A stretch of 64,000 nucleotides of DNA from an uncultured cyanobacterium (lineage in GTDB: Bacteria > Cyanobacteriota > Cyanobacteriia > PCC-6307 > Cyanobiaceae), in contig CAVXWZ010000002.1 in the NCBI GenBank assembly GCA_963765575.1, forward strand, positions 416,001-480,000. The letters are read 5' to 3'. Under the pieces are notes generated by a model. The model had not been told where the DNA came from. It ran no database searches and saw only the letters and a program-made list of their open reading frames with translations. A program made the translations under genes and the position numbers. Of the stretch, positions 8,245 to 19,611 are shown one piece after another (within the stretch, counting starts at the first letter, position 1; every line of letters begins with the position of its first letter).

Positions 8245-8303
8245 GACCGGACAGGTTTTCGGGCTCCAGTGCGGCCCGCCGCCGCTCCTCTTGCCCCGAT
8301 CCC

Positions 8304-8993
8304 TTGGCCGCCCCCAGCCCCATCTCCGGCTCCCTCCCAGCGCTGGTGGCTGAAGGGCTCGAGCACACCTGGCCCGACGGCCGGGTGGCCGCCCTGCGTG
8401 ACTGCCGGCTGCAGGTGCCGCAACCCGGCCTCTGGATGCTGGTGGGCAGCAATGGCAGCGGCAAGAGCACCCTGCTGCGCCTGATCGCCGGACTGCTGCC
8501 GCTGCAGCAGGGCCGGATCCGCTGCCAGCTGCGCTGCGCCCTGGTGTTCCAGAACCCCGACCACCAGCTGCTGCTGCCCAGCTGCGGCAGTGAGCTGTTG
8601 CTGGCCATCGACCCCGGCCTGGACCAGGGGGTCCGCGAAAGGCGCCTGGAGCGGGCCCTGGAGCAGGTGGGTCTGGCCGGGTTGGCCGATCGCCCCATCC
8701 ATGCCCTCAGCGGTGGCCAAAAGCAACGTCTGGCGATCGCCGCGGCCCTGGCCAGCGAGGCCGAACTGCTGCTGCTGGATGAACCCACAGCCCTGCTTGA
8801 CCCCCACAGCCAGCGGGAGGTGTTGGACCTGATCCGGCAGCTCACCAGCCGGGGGGATCGGCCGCTCACGGCCCTGTGGATCACCCATCGGCTCGAGGAA
8901 CTGGCCAGCTGCGACGGTGCCGCCCTGATGCGGGAGGGACGGGTCGGCGCCTGGCAACCGGGGCCAGCCCTGGCCCGCCAGCTGGCCGGCTGA
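8304..8993 (+). CDS. ABC/ECF transporter ATP-binding protein (CbiO/EcfA-like)
   Basis: Walker A GSNGSGKST, VFQNPDHQ, LSGGQKQRLAIA, LLLDEPT, ITH; start uncertain. Confidence 0.9.
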   Translation: MAAPSPISGSLPALVAEGLEHTWPDGRVAALRDCRLQVPQPGLWMLVGSNGSGKSTLLRLIAGLLPLQQGRIRCQLRCALVFQNPDHQLLLPSCGSELLLAIDPGLDQGVRERRLERALEQVGLAGLADRPIHALSGGQKQRLAIAAALASEAELLLLDEPTALLDPHSQREVLDLIRQLTSRGDRPLTALWITHRLEELASCDGAALMREGRVGAWQPGPALARQLAG

Positions 8994-9099
8994 GCACAGC
9001 CGCTGCCCTTGCCCTGGGGGACAGCTGGCCGGTAAGGTCTGAGGCTGTCAGCGCCAATGATGCTGACAGTTCATTCCGGGAGCGTCCCGCGAATGGCAT

Positions 9100-9171
9100 T
9101 CCTCGGTAGCTCAGTGGTAGAGCGGTCGGCTGTTAACCGATTGGTCGCAGGTTCGAATCCCGCCCGGGGAG
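9100..9171 (+). tRNA. tRNA-Asn (GTT), CCA not encoded
   Basis: TCCTCGG/CCGGGGA acceptor stem, TAGCTCAGTGGTAGAGC D-arm, GTCGG-CTGTTAA-CCGAT anticodon arm, GGTTCGAATCC T-arm. Confidence 0.97.
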
Positions 9172-9173
9172 TT

Positions 9174-9214
9174 TTGATCACCAAGACATCGTCTTGATCA
9201 GCAAGACATTCGTC
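9174..9214. repeat. imperfect ~20-bp tandem repeat immediately 3' of the tRNA
   Basis: TTGATCACCAAGACATCGTC / TTGATCAGCAAGACATTCGTC. Confidence 0.8.
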
Positions 9215-9231
9215 GCGGGGCCTCCGGCGGC

Positions 9232-9263
9232 GCTGTCGAGCGCTGGGGCTGTCGAGCGCTGGG
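9232..9263. repeat. exact 16-bp tandem repeat
   Basis: GCTGTCGAGCGCTGGG x2. Confidence 0.9.
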
Positions 9264-9457
9264 CATGTCCTCTCCGGCGCCGGTCCTTGCCCCGTGGCGG
9301 TGGCCAGCCTGCCGGGGGATCCCCGCCAGACCCAATCCCGACGTCCGGGCACCGCCGCTGATCCGGCCGCTGGCGACGAGAATGGCGGCAGCTCAGGGCT
9401 CTCCATAGGGCCACGGGCCGCGTCGAGCTTCCCCATCGCTCTGTCCCCCCATCCGAC

Positions 9458-10210
<753 letters not shown>

Positions 10211-11117
10211 ACGTAGGCGCGCAGCTGGCGGCGCAGGCGCTCCAGCCGCTGCAGCACCGCCGGCCCACACTGTCGCCGCCAGAGCCAGAGCTGCCACCAC
10301 CCCAGCAGCCAGAGCTGCTGCTCGCCATCCAGTGCTTCGCAGAGATCGCGGGCCAGGGCGAGGGCCACCAGCGGATCGCCGGCCGCCGGCAGGTCCTGGA
10401 GACGGTCGGCGAGCTCGGGTGGCAGGGCCTGCCATTGACGGCGGTGGTGGAGCAGGGCCCCGGGGGAGCCTGCGGCCAGCTCGAGCAGTTCGGGTGGATC
10501 AGCCGGGTCGGGCGGGTCGGGCGGAGCCAACGGCAGGCGCGCCAGCACCTGGGCCACCTCGGCGGCTGCCAGGCGGCGGAATGGGATCAACTGGCAGCGG
10601 GAGCGAATCGTGCTCAGCAGCTGCTCCGGTGCCGCGGCCATCAGCAGCAACAGCCCCTCACCGGGCTCCTCCAGGGTCTTGAGCAGGGCATTGGCGGCCG
10701 CCTCGGCCATCGCTTCGGCCTGCTCCAGCACCACCACGCAGCCCGGTGCCTCCACCGGCCGGCGGGCCAGGAAGCGGGCGATCGGTCGAATCTGCTCAAG
10801 GCGCAGCTGGGGCGGGCTGCGCCGGTTCACCCCCTCCTCCTCGCTGCGGGAGAGGGGCACCAGCTCGCCACGGTGCAGGTAGGTGGGCTCCACCCAGAGC
10901 AGGTCGGGGTGGTTGCCCTCAGCCAGGCGGCGGCGCAGGTGCGCAGAACCCTGCGGCCCGGCCAGCACCCCTTCCAGAAAGCGCAGCGCCGCCAGCCGGC
11001 GCCCCACCCCCTGCGGCCCGGCGAAGAGGTAGGCGGGGGCGATGCGGCGGCCCTCCAGCGCGGCCAGCAGCAGCGCACGGGCCTGCTGCTGGCCCACCAG
11101 ATCGGCGAACAGGTCGC

Positions 11118-11825
11118 TCACCGGCGCTGCCGCAGCTGGCTGATCAGGGCCTGGCAGGCGGCGGTGACCAGGCCGGGATCGGCGGCGGCGTCCACCCGGC
11201 ACCAGCGGCGGCGGGCGGCCAGCTCGGTGAAGCCGCGGGCCACCGCCGCCAGGAAGGCGTCGCCAGCGGCTTCGATGCGGTCGTCGGCGCGGCCATCGCG
11301 GCGCTGCCGACTCAAGGCCAGGGGCAGATCCAGCCAGAGGGTGAGATCCGGTTGCAGGCCGCTGGTGGCCACCTGCTCCAGCTGCTCGATCAACGCCAGG
11401 GGCAGGCCGCGGCCGTAACCCTGGTAGGCGGCGGTGGAACCGCTGAAGCGGTCACTCAGCACCCAGTGCCCCGCCGCCAGGGCCGGCCGGATGGTCTGCT
11501 CCACGTGCTGGGCCCGATCGGCGGCGTAGAGCAGCAGTTCAGCCCGACTCACCGGCGCCGCCTCCCCGGGGGGATGCAGCAGCAGCTGTCGCAGGGCCTG
11601 GCCGAGGGGCGTGCCGCCCGGCTCGCGGGTGACCACCAGGGCCGAGCCCTCGGGCATCAGACCGCTGCGGGGCAGCCACTGGCCGAGGGCCGCGAGCTGG
11701 GTGGTCTTGCCGCAACCATCGATGCCCTCCAGCACCAGGAAGCGGCCTGGCTGCAGATCAGGCGGCACGGTGGCGGTGTTGGGGCTCAGGGATGGCCTGC
11801 CGTTGGCTGGTGCTGATGTCGCCAT
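11118..11825 (-). CDS. tmk: thymidylate kinase
   Basis: FLVLEGIDGCGKTTQ, TREPGGT, ELLLYAADRAQH, SDRF, YQGYGRG; start uncertain. Confidence 0.95.
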   Translation of the reverse strand: MATSAPANGRPSLSPNTATVPPDLQPGRFLVLEGIDGCGKTTQLAALGQWLPRSGLMPEGSALVVTREPGGTPLGQALRQLLLHPPGEAAPVSRAELLLYAADRAQHVEQTIRPALAAGHWVLSDRFSGSTAAYQGYGRGLPLALIEQLEQVATSGLQPDLTLWLDLPLALSRQRRDGRADDRIEAAGDAFLAAVARGFTELAARRRWCRVDAAADPGLVTAACQALISQLRQRR

Positions 11826-14163
11826 CCTGCAGCAGTAGGGCATTGACCACCACGGTGATGGAGCTGAGCGCCATCAGCAGGGCGGCCAGCGGCGGACTGA
11901 GCAGCACGCCGAAACCGGGCAGCAACACGCCCGCGGCGATCGGCAGCACGATCAGGTTGTAGCCAAAGGCCCAGACCAGGTTCTGGCGCACCTTCGCCAT
12001 CGTGCGGCCCGCGAGGGTGAGGGCCGTATCAATGCCGCCCAGCCGCTCCCCGAGGACCACCACATCGGCCGTGTCCTGGGCGATGGCGGTGCCGGTGCCC
12101 ACGGCGATGCCGAGGTCGGCGGCGGCCAGGGCGGGGGCGTCGTTGATGCCATCCCCCACCATCGCCACCGGCGCCGCCTCCCGATGCCAGCGCTGCAGGG
12201 CCTGGAGCTTCTGCTCAGGGGACTGCTGCCAGGCCAGTTCACTGGGTTCCAGACCCAGGGCCTGGCCCAGGTGCAGCACCGGCTGGCGTCGGTCGCCGCT
12301 CAGCACCCCCAGGCGCAGCCCCCGGGCCCGCAGGGCGGACAGCAGGGCCGGGGCATCGGGCCGCAGCTGGTCCTGCACCGCGATCAATCCGACCGGTCGG
12401 CCCTCGATGGCCAGGGCGAGCACGGTGGCGCCCTCGGCCTCCAGCTGCTCCAGGCGCTGGCCGGCCAGCTCGGGCAGCACGGCAGGAGGGGCCCCGGCAG
12501 GAGTGGCGGTGGCGCAGGCCCAGTCCAACCGCCCCAGCCGGCAGACCTGGCCATCGATGCGAGCGCTGACCCCGGCACCGGCCACGGTTTCCGCCTGCTC
12601 CACAGCCGTGGGCTGCAGACCCCGGGCCTCGGCCTCCTGCAGCAGAGCGTGGGCCAGGGGGTGGCGGGTGGAGGTCTCCAGGCTCGCGGCCAGCTGCAGC
12701 AGCCTGTCGGGGGCCACCGCCGCCAGCGGCACCACGGCGCTCACCAGGGGGCGCCCGCGGGTGAGGGTGCCGGTCTTGTCGAAGAGCACGGTGCGCAGTC
12801 GGGCGGCGGTCTCGATGGCGTCGCCACCGCGGAACAGCACGCCGGCCCGGGCGGCCCGACCGGTGCCCACGGTGATCGCCGTGGGGGTGGCCAGCCCGAG
12901 GGCACAGGGGCAGGCCACCACGAGCACGGCGATGGCCAGCTGCAGGGCCAGGGCCAGGGGGGTGGTGGCGCCGGCGCCGAGCAGGCCATGGCTGCCATGG
13001 ACACTCTGGTGCAGGGGGATCGCCAGCACCTGGGGCCAGCGGGCTGCGCCCCACAGCCACCAGAACAGGAAGGTGGCCGCCGCCAGGGCGAGCACCCCCA
13101 GGGTGAAGCGTCCGGCCACCAGGTCGGCCAGGCCCTGGATCGGCGCCTTGCGGGCCTGGGCCTGCTCCACCAGGTGGATGATCCGGGCGATGGCGCTGTT
13201 GGCGCCGCTGCGGCGCACCTCCAGCAGCAGCGGACTCTGCAGGTTGAGGCTGCCGGCGGCCAGCTCAGCCCCCGGCGCCACCTCCTGGGGGAGCGGTTCG
13301 CCGGTGAGGGTGGACACATCCACGCTGGAGTGCCCCTCCAGCACCTCGGCATCCACCGGCAGCCGGTCACCCGGCAGCACACGGATGCGGTCGGCGGGGC
13401 GCAGGCCGCCGACCCGCACCTCGCGAGGGGGGCCGTCATCCATCACCAGCAGGGCGGTGTCGGGCTGCAGGGCCGCGAGTTGCTCGAGGGCCAGGCCGGT
13501 GCGGAAGCGGGCCCGCTCCTCGATGAAGCGGCCGAGCAGCACGAAGCCGAGCAGCATCACCGGCTCGTTGAAGAAACAGGGCAGGCCCGTGGCTGGCCAC
13601 AGCAGGCCGACGAGGCTGGCGCCATAGGCGCTCAGCACCCCCAGGCTGATGAGGCTGTCCATGCTGGGCATCCCGCCAGCGGCGGTGCGCACGCCGGCGA
13701 TCAGGATCGGGCGACCGGGGCCGACAAGGGCCACCGTGGCGATCAGGGCATGGAGCCAGAGGGGGCCGGGCTGGCCGCCCAGGTGCCCCACCGCCGACAC
13801 CAGCAGCAGGGCCAGGGCCACCATCAACTGCCGCCAGCGCTGCCACCAGCTGCGCTGCTGCTGCTGCAGCCTGGAGCTGGAGGCCACCAGGGCCCCATCC
13901 CGCAAGGAAGCCTGAAAGCCCAGCGTGGCCAGGGCCGTCTGCAGGGGGGAGGCCAGATCCGCAGGGGCCGCGGCGTCGGGCTGGGCGGGGTCCAGCTCCA
14001 CCCAGGCGGTGCGGGTGAGCAGGTTGACGCTCACCTGGAGCACCCCCGGCTGGGCGCGCAAGCGCTGCTCCACAGCCCGCACGCAGCCGCCGCACTTCAT
14101 GCCGTCGATGGTGAGCAGGAGCGGCTCGCGGGGGAGCGACTCCAGCGGGAGCGGCTCAGCCAA
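11758..14163 (-). CDS. copper-type P1B heavy-metal ATPase (CtaA/PacS-like)
   Basis: [45 protein letters not shown]. Confidence 0.93.
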   Translation of the reverse strand: MAEPLPLESLPREPLLLTIDGMKCGGCVRAVEQRLRAQPGVLQVSVNLLTRTAWVELDPAQPDAAAPADLASPLQTALATLGFQASLRDGALVASSSRLQQQQRSWWQRWRQLMVALALLLVSAVGHLGGQPGPLWLHALIATVALVGPGRPILIAGVRTAAGGMPSMDSLISLGVLSAYGASLVGLLWPATGLPCFFNEPVMLLGFVLLGRFIEERARFRTGLALEQLAALQPDTALLVMDDGPPREVRVGGLRPADRIRVLPGDRLPVDAEVLEGHSSVDVSTLTGEPLPQEVAPGAELAAGSLNLQSPLLLEVRRSGANSAIARIIHLVEQAQARKAPIQGLADLVAGRFTLGVLALAAATFLFWWLWGAARWPQVLAIPLHQSVHGSHGLLGAGATTPLALALQLAIAVLVVACPCALGLATPTAITVGTGRAARAGVLFRGGDAIETAARLRTVLFDKTGTLTRGRPLVSAVVPLAAVAPDRLLQLAASLETSTRHPLAHALLQEAEARGLQPTAVEQAETVAGAGVSARIDGQVCRLGRLDWACATATPAGAPPAVLPELAGQRLEQLEAEGATVLALAIEGRPVGLIAVQDQLRPDAPALLSALRARGLRLGVLSGDRRQPVLHLGQALGLEPSELAWQQSPEQKLQALQRWHREAAPVAMVGDGINDAPALAAADLGIAVGTGTAIAQDTADVVVLGERLGGIDTALTLAGRTMAKVRQNLVWAFGYNLIVLPIAAGVLLPGFGVLLSPPLAALLMALSSITVVVNALLLQDGDISTSQRQAIPEPQHRHRAA

Positions 14164-14243
14164 GGCGCGGGCGGCGGGTCATGGCGCTCAACCTAGGGGG
14201 ATCCGTCAGGATGGACCACTCTCCCCGCTCGCCAGGTCCGCCG

Positions 14244-14765
14244 GTGCCCCGCTCCCAGCGCAACGACAACTTCATCGACAAGAGCTTCACGGTGATGGCC
14301 GACCTGATTCTCAAGGTGCTGCCCACCAACCGCCGGGCGAAGGAGGCCTTCGCCTACTACCGCGACGGCATGAGCGCCCAGGCCGACGGTGAATACGCCG
14401 AGGCCCTGGAGAACTACGAGGAGGCCCTCAAGCTCGAGGACGACCCCAACGACAAGGCCTTCATCCTCTACAACATGGCCCTGGTGTTCGCGTCCAATGG
14501 AGAGCACGACAAGGCCCTCGACTTCTACGGCCAGGCCCTGGACCTCAACAGCAAGATGCCCCAGGTGCTCAACAACATGGCGGTGATTCACCACCACCTG
14601 GGCGCCCAGGCCGAGGAGCGGGGCGACCCCGACGAGGCCGACCGTCGCTATGACCGGGCCGCCGACTACTGGGGCAAGGCCATCCGCATGGCGCCCAACA
14701 ACTACATCGAGGCCCAGAACTGGCTCAAGACCAGCGGCCGCGGCAGCGTAGACGTGTATTTCTGA
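14244..14765 (+). CDS. ycf3: photosystem I assembly protein Ycf3
   Basis: GTG start [20 protein letters not shown]...TPR repeats...[10 protein letters not shown]. Confidence 0.97.
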   Translation: MPRSQRNDNFIDKSFTVMADLILKVLPTNRRAKEAFAYYRDGMSAQADGEYAEALENYEEALKLEDDPNDKAFILYNMALVFASNGEHDKALDFYGQALDLNSKMPQVLNNMAVIHHHLGAQAEERGDPDEADRRYDRAADYWGKAIRMAPNNYIEAQNWLKTSGRGSVDVYF

Positions 14766-14804
14766 ACGATTCGTGCTGAACGACTCGTTCTGAGTGGGGG
14801 CCGT

Positions 14805-16247
14805 TCAGGCCTCGCCATCAGCAGGATCCACCCCCAGGGCCGCCACCAGGGCCTCAGCCACCGTGGCGGCCTCCAGCAACTGCACGCCAGCGGCCGCCGC
14901 GACACGCCCCAGGCCGCTGCCGCGGGGCACCACGGCCCGATTGAATCCCAGCCGTCCCGCCTCCTGCAGGCGCAGCTCCAGCTGGCTCACCGCCCGCAGC
15001 TGGCCGCCCAGGCCCAGCTCCCCCACCAGCACCGTGCCCGGGGGCAGGATCAGATCCCGATGGCTGGCGACCACGGCGGCGGCCACACCGAGATCAGCGG
15101 CGGGCTCCTCCACCTCGAGGCCACCGGCCACCGCCAGGTAGCAGTCGAATCGGGAGAAGGGCAGGCCCAGGTGCTTCTCGAGCACGGCCAGGATCTGGTG
15201 CAGGCGGTTCACCGGGATGCCGGTGGCGCTGCGGCGGGGGCTGGCGTAACTGGTGCTGCTCACCAGGGCCTGCAGCTCCACCACCAGGGGCCGGGTGCCC
15301 TCACAGGCGGCGATCGTGGCCGTGCCGCTGCTCGGCTCGCTGCCCCCCAGGAACAGCTCACTGGGATTGCTCACCTCCGCCAGGCCGCGGGCGCGCATCT
15401 CGAACACCCCCAGCTCATGGGTGGCCCCGAAGCGGTTCTTCACCGCCCGCAGCAGGCGGTGGCTGGCGAAGCGGTCGCCCTCGAAGGTGAGCACCGCATC
15501 CACCAGGTGTTCCAACACCTTGGGTCCGGCCAGCATGCCCTCCTTGGTCACATGGCCCACCAGCAGCAGGGCTGTGTCCTGGCGCTTGGCGATGCGCGCC
15601 AGAGCGGCGGCACACTCCCGCACCTGGGCCACCGAGCCGGGGGCACTGCTGAGCTGATCGTCGTGCAGGGCCTGGATGCTGTCGATGATGGCCACGGCGG
15701 GCCGCAGGCTCTCCAGCTCCTGCAGCACCAGCTCGAGGTCGGTCTCGGCGAGCAGCTGCACATCAGCCACCGCCGCCGCCCCCTCCTCGCCGTTTTCATC
15801 GCCGACCTCAGCCAGCCGACGCCAGCGCAGCTTCACCTGCTGGGCTGACTCCTCGGCGCTCACGTAGAGCACCGAAGCCCGGCCGGCCATGGCCCGGGCG
15901 CTCTGCAACAGCAGGGTGCTCTTGCCGATGCCGGGATCACCGCCGAGCAGCACCAGCGAGCCGGGCACCAGGCCGCCGCCGAGCACCCTGTCGAATTCGC
16001 CGTAGCCACTGCCCAGGCGCTGCAACGGCCGGTCCCCCACCGCCGCGATCGAGGCCGAGCGGCGGGGCCGGGCGGCGGCGGGCTGCTGGCTCAGCGGTCG
16101 GCGGCGGCGGGCGTCGACGGCCGGGCTGGTCGCCTGCAGCTGTTCCACCAGGGTGTTCCAGCTGCCACAGCCGCTGCAGCGGCCGAAGAACTGGCGGGTC
16201 TGGGCGCCGCATTGGCTGCAAACGTAGACGGTGACGGACTTGGCCAC
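14805..16247 (-). CDS. radA: DNA repair protein RadA/Sms
   Basis: C4 zinc finger, GGDPGIGKSTLLLQ, KNRFG motif, Lon-like C-terminus. Confidence 0.97.
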   Translation of the reverse strand: MAKSVTVYVCSQCGAQTRQFFGRCSGCGSWNTLVEQLQATSPAVDARRRRPLSQQPAAARPRRSASIAAVGDRPLQRLGSGYGEFDRVLGGGLVPGSLVLLGGDPGIGKSTLLLQSARAMAGRASVLYVSAEESAQQVKLRWRRLAEVGDENGEEGAAAVADVQLLAETDLELVLQELESLRPAVAIIDSIQALHDDQLSSAPGSVAQVRECAAALARIAKRQDTALLLVGHVTKEGMLAGPKVLEHLVDAVLTFEGDRFASHRLLRAVKNRFGATHELGVFEMRARGLAEVSNPSELFLGGSEPSSGTATIAACEGTRPLVVELQALVSSTSYASPRRSATGIPVNRLHQILAVLEKHLGLPFSRFDCYLAVAGGLEVEEPAADLGVAAAVVASHRDLILPPGTVLVGELGLGGQLRAVSQLELRLQEAGRLGFNRAVVPRGSGLGRVAAAAGVQLLEAATVAEALVAALGVDPADGEA

Positions 16248-16371
16248 GGGGGATGGGGGAGGGCCGGAGCGACGACGATGGCGCGTGAACTATGAAGAAA
16301 GATGGCGTTGCATGAATCCTGAGCCCTTCGACCTTTTCAGTAGGGGCCGTCTGATGTAGCCCCACGGCGGC

Positions 16372-17130
16372 ATGACGGCCTCCCTTCCCAGCCCCAGCAA
16401 AGAGAAAGAGACGATCCTGGTGGTCGATGACGAGGCCAGCATCCGCCGGATCCTCGAAACGCGCCTGTCCATGATCGGCTATCAGGTGGTCACCGCCAGC
16501 GATGGCGAGGAGGCGCTGGAGGCCTTCCGCGACAGCCAGCCCGATCTGGTGGTGCTCGACGTGATGATGCCCAAGCTCGATGGCTACGGCGTCTGCCAGG
16601 AGCTGCGCAAGGAATCGGATGTGCCGATCGTGATGCTCACCGCCCTCGGTGACGTGGCCGACCGCATCACCGGCCTCGAGCTCGGCGCTGACGACTACGT
16701 GGTGAAGCCCTTCAGCCCCAAGGAGCTGGAGGCCCGCATCCGCTGCGTGCTGCGGCGGGTGGAGAAGGAAAGCGCCGCCGGCATCCCCAACTCCGGGGTG
16801 ATCGGCATCGCCGACCTGCGCATCGACACCAACAAGCGCCAGGTGTACCGGGGCGATGAGCGCATCCGCCTCACGGGCATGGAGTTCAGCCTGCTGGAGC
16901 TGCTGGTGAGCCGCAGTGGCGAGCCCTTCAGCCGTGGCGAGATCCTCAAGGAGGTGTGGGGCTACACCCCCGAACGGCACGTGGACACCCGGGTGGTGGA
17001 TGTCCACATCTCCCGGCTGCGCTCCAAACTGGAGGATGATCCGGCCAACCCCGAGCTGATCCTCACGGCTCGTGGCACCGGCTACCTGTTCCAACGCATC
17101 GTCGAGCCCGTTGCCTCCGAAGGAGCCTGA
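16372..17130 (+). CDS. rpaB: OmpR-family response regulator RpaB
   Basis: ILVVDDEASIRRILETRLSMIGY...WGYTPERHVDTRVVDVHISRLRSKLEDDP. Confidence 0.97.
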   Translation: MTASLPSPSKEKETILVVDDEASIRRILETRLSMIGYQVVTASDGEEALEAFRDSQPDLVVLDVMMPKLDGYGVCQELRKESDVPIVMLTALGDVADRITGLELGADDYVVKPFSPKELEARIRCVLRRVEKESAAGIPNSGVIGIADLRIDTNKRQVYRGDERIRLTGMEFSLLELLVSRSGEPFSRGEILKEVWGYTPERHVDTRVVDVHISRLRSKLEDDPANPELILTARGTGYLFQRIVEPVASEGA

Positions 17131-18466
17131 GAAGCGCACCAAGCCCAGCCGCACGATCCGGCGGCTGGTGATCTGGTATCGGCGCAACGCCGCCGTCACC
17201 AGCCTGGTGGGAACGGCGACCAGCGCCGGAACCATGGCCGGTTCCGTGGCCGGGGCGGCGGTGTCCGGGGCTGGCTCGGTGGCCGGAGCCGCCACCAGCG
17301 CCGCCCACACCGTGCTGCAGCCGCTGGTGTTCGATCCCCTGCGCCGCCTGCAGCGCGGCCTCGGCGGCCCCGACGAAGACACGCCGATCCAGGAGGCCGA
17401 CCGCCTCTGGGTGGCGGTGGACGGCATGGGCGGAGACCACGCCCCGGGGCCGATCCTCGAGGGCTGCCTGCAGGCCGTCGCGCGGCTGCCCCTGCGCGTG
17501 CGCTTCGTGGCCGAGACAGGTCCGCTGCGGGCCGCCGTGGTGGCCCTGGGGCTGCAGGAGCAGCTCGATCAGGCGATCGCCAGGGGCTGGATCCAGCTGG
17601 TGCCCAGCGGCCCCTCGGTGGGCATGAACGAAGAGGCCACGGTGGTGCGGCGCAAGCGTGACGCCAGCATCAATCTGGCCATGGACCTGGTGAAGCAGGG
17701 CCAGGCCACGGCGGTGTACTCGGCCGGCAACTCCGGGGCCGTGATGGCGGCGGCGATCTTCCGGCTGGGTCGGCTGCGGGGCATTGATCGCCCCGCCATC
17801 GGCGCCATCTTCCCCACCCGCGACCCGGAACAGCAGGTGCTGGTGCTCGATGTGGGCGCCAACATGGACTGCAAGCCCGAATGGCTGCTGCAGTTCGCCC
17901 TGCTGGGCAACATCTACAGCCACGATGTGCTGCAGGTGGCCCGGCCGCGCATCGGTCTGGTGAACATCGGCGAGGAAGAGTGCAAGGGCAACGACCTCTG
18001 CCAGCGCTCCTACCGGCTGCTGGCGGCCGAGCAGCGCTTCGCCTTCGCCGGCAACTGCGAGGGGCGCGACATCCTCTCCGGCAAGTTCGATGTGGTGGTG
18101 TGTGACGGCTACACCGGCAACGTGCTGCTCAAGTTCCTGGAGAGCGTGGGCAGTGTGCTGCTCGATGTGATCAAGGTGGAGCTGCCCCGGGGGCGACGCG
18201 GCAAGGTGGGATCGGCCTTCCTGATCAACAATCTGCGCCGCATCAAGAAGCGGCTCGACCATGCCGAGCACGGCGGCGCCCTGCTGCTCGGGGTGGACGG
18301 GGTCTGCGTGATCGGCCACGGCAGCAGCAAGGCGCTCTCGGTGTTGAGCGCCCTGCGGCTGGCCCATTCGGCCGCCAACCACGGCGTCATGGACGATCTG
18401 CACGCCCTCAGCGACCAGAGCAGCCGCGCCGATGGCGCCACGACCGGCGCCATCGCCTGTGGTTGA
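17111..18466 (+). CDS. plsX: phosphate acyltransferase PlsX with N-terminal extension
   Basis: VAVDGMGGDHAP, SAGNSGA, IDRPAI, LDVGAN, NIGEEECKG, IGHGSS; TTG start inferred. Confidence 0.93.
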   Translation: MPPKEPEKRTKPSRTIRRLVIWYRRNAAVTSLVGTATSAGTMAGSVAGAAVSGAGSVAGAATSAAHTVLQPLVFDPLRRLQRGLGGPDEDTPIQEADRLWVAVDGMGGDHAPGPILEGCLQAVARLPLRVRFVAETGPLRAAVVALGLQEQLDQAIARGWIQLVPSGPSVGMNEEATVVRRKRDASINLAMDLVKQGQATAVYSAGNSGAVMAAAIFRLGRLRGIDRPAIGAIFPTRDPEQQVLVLDVGANMDCKPEWLLQFALLGNIYSHDVLQVARPRIGLVNIGEEECKGNDLCQRSYRLLAAEQRFAFAGNCEGRDILSGKFDVVVCDGYTGNVLLKFLESVGSVLLDVIKVELPRGRRGKVGSAFLINNLRRIKKRLDHAEHGGALLLGVDGVCVIGHGSSKALSVLSALRLAHSAANHGVMDDLHALSDQSSRADGATTGAIACG

Positions 18467-19548
18467 CTGAGCCACGATTCAGGGCCTTCTGCGTGCCCCA
18501 CGGCGTGTCCCTCAGCCTCACAGGATCCGCGGGCGGGTCCGGTGCCACGGCCGGCATGGCCCTGGTGGGCTGTGGCAGCGCCATGCCGGCCGTGAGTGTC
18601 AGCAACGCGGATCTCAGCCGCAGGGTGGACACCAACGACGACTGGATCCGCAGCCGCACCGGCATCGCCGCACGGCGGGTGTGCGGCGCCGATGAACCGC
18701 TCTCCGTGCTGGCCACCCAGGCCGCGGAGCGGGCGCTCCGCCAGGCCGGCTGGGAGCCGGGCGACCTCGACCTGATCCTGTTGGCGACCTCCAGTCCCGA
18801 CGACCTCTTCGGCACCGCCCCCCGCATCCAGGCCGCGCTGGGGGCCAGCGGAGCGGTGGCCTTCGATCTCACCGCCGCCTGCAGCGGCTTTCTGTTCGCC
18901 CTGGTCACCGCCAGCCAGTACATCGCCAGCGGCGCGGTGCGGCGGGCCCTGGTGATCGGGGCCGACCAACTCAGCCGCTGGGTGGACTGGGACGATCGCC
19001 GCACCTGTGTGCTGTTCGGCGATGGAGCCGCCGCCGTGGCGGTGGAGGCCTGCGCAGCGGCCGACAGCGGCCTGCTGGGCTTTGAGATGCGCTCCGACGG
19101 CAGCCGCAACGCCTGCCTCACCCTGGCGCAGCACGACGGCCGAGCCCACCTCCTCAACGACGTGTCGACCCAGAGGGGGGGATTTGCACCCATCCACATG
19201 AACGGCCAGGAGGTGTACAAATTTGCTGTGCGTGAGGTGCCGGCTGTGCTTGCCGACCTGCTCAACAACACCGGCATCGGGGCCCATCAGCTCGACTGGC
19301 TGCTGCTGCACCAAGCCAACCAGCGCATCCTCGACGCGGTGGCGGAACGCTTCGACGTGCCCAGCGAGCGGGTGCTGAGCAACCTCGCCCAGTACGGCAA
19401 CACCTCGGCGGCCACGATCCCGCTGATGCTCGATGAGGCGGTGCGCGACGGCCGCGTGCAGCCCGGCCACCTGCTGGCCAGCAGCGGCTTCGGGGCCGGA
19501 CTCAGCTGGGGTGCGGCGCTGCTGCGCTGGCACGGCCCGCGCACTTGA
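18463..19548 (+). CDS. fabH: 3-oxoacyl-ACP synthase III
   Basis: WIRSRTGI, DLTAACSGF, LFGDGA, HQANQRI, GNTSAA, GFGAGLSWG; true start may be up to ~90 nt later. Confidence 0.95.
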   Translation: MTEPRFRAFCVPHGVSLSLTGSAGGSGATAGMALVGCGSAMPAVSVSNADLSRRVDTNDDWIRSRTGIAARRVCGADEPLSVLATQAAERALRQAGWEPGDLDLILLATSSPDDLFGTAPRIQAALGASGAVAFDLTAACSGFLFALVTASQYIASGAVRRALVIGADQLSRWVDWDDRRTCVLFGDGAAAVAVEACAAADSGLLGFEMRSDGSRNACLTLAQHDGRAHLLNDVSTQRGGFAPIHMNGQEVYKFAVREVPAVLADLLNNTGIGAHQLDWLLLHQANQRILDAVAERFDVPSERVLSNLAQYGNTSAATIPLMLDEAVRDGRVQPGHLLASSGFGAGLSWGAALLRWHGPRT

Positions 19549-19611
19549 GCGCCGCCGGAGGCTGCGGGCCCGAGGCCTAACCTCCAGGCCGATCCAAACT
19601 GCAGCAACGGC

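Noticed and set aside
8732..8741. HIP1-like GGCGATCGCC sites scattered through CDSs
   Set aside because: This is a known cyanobacterial feature that also arises from Ala-Ile-Ala codons. Enrichment cannot be judged without counting.
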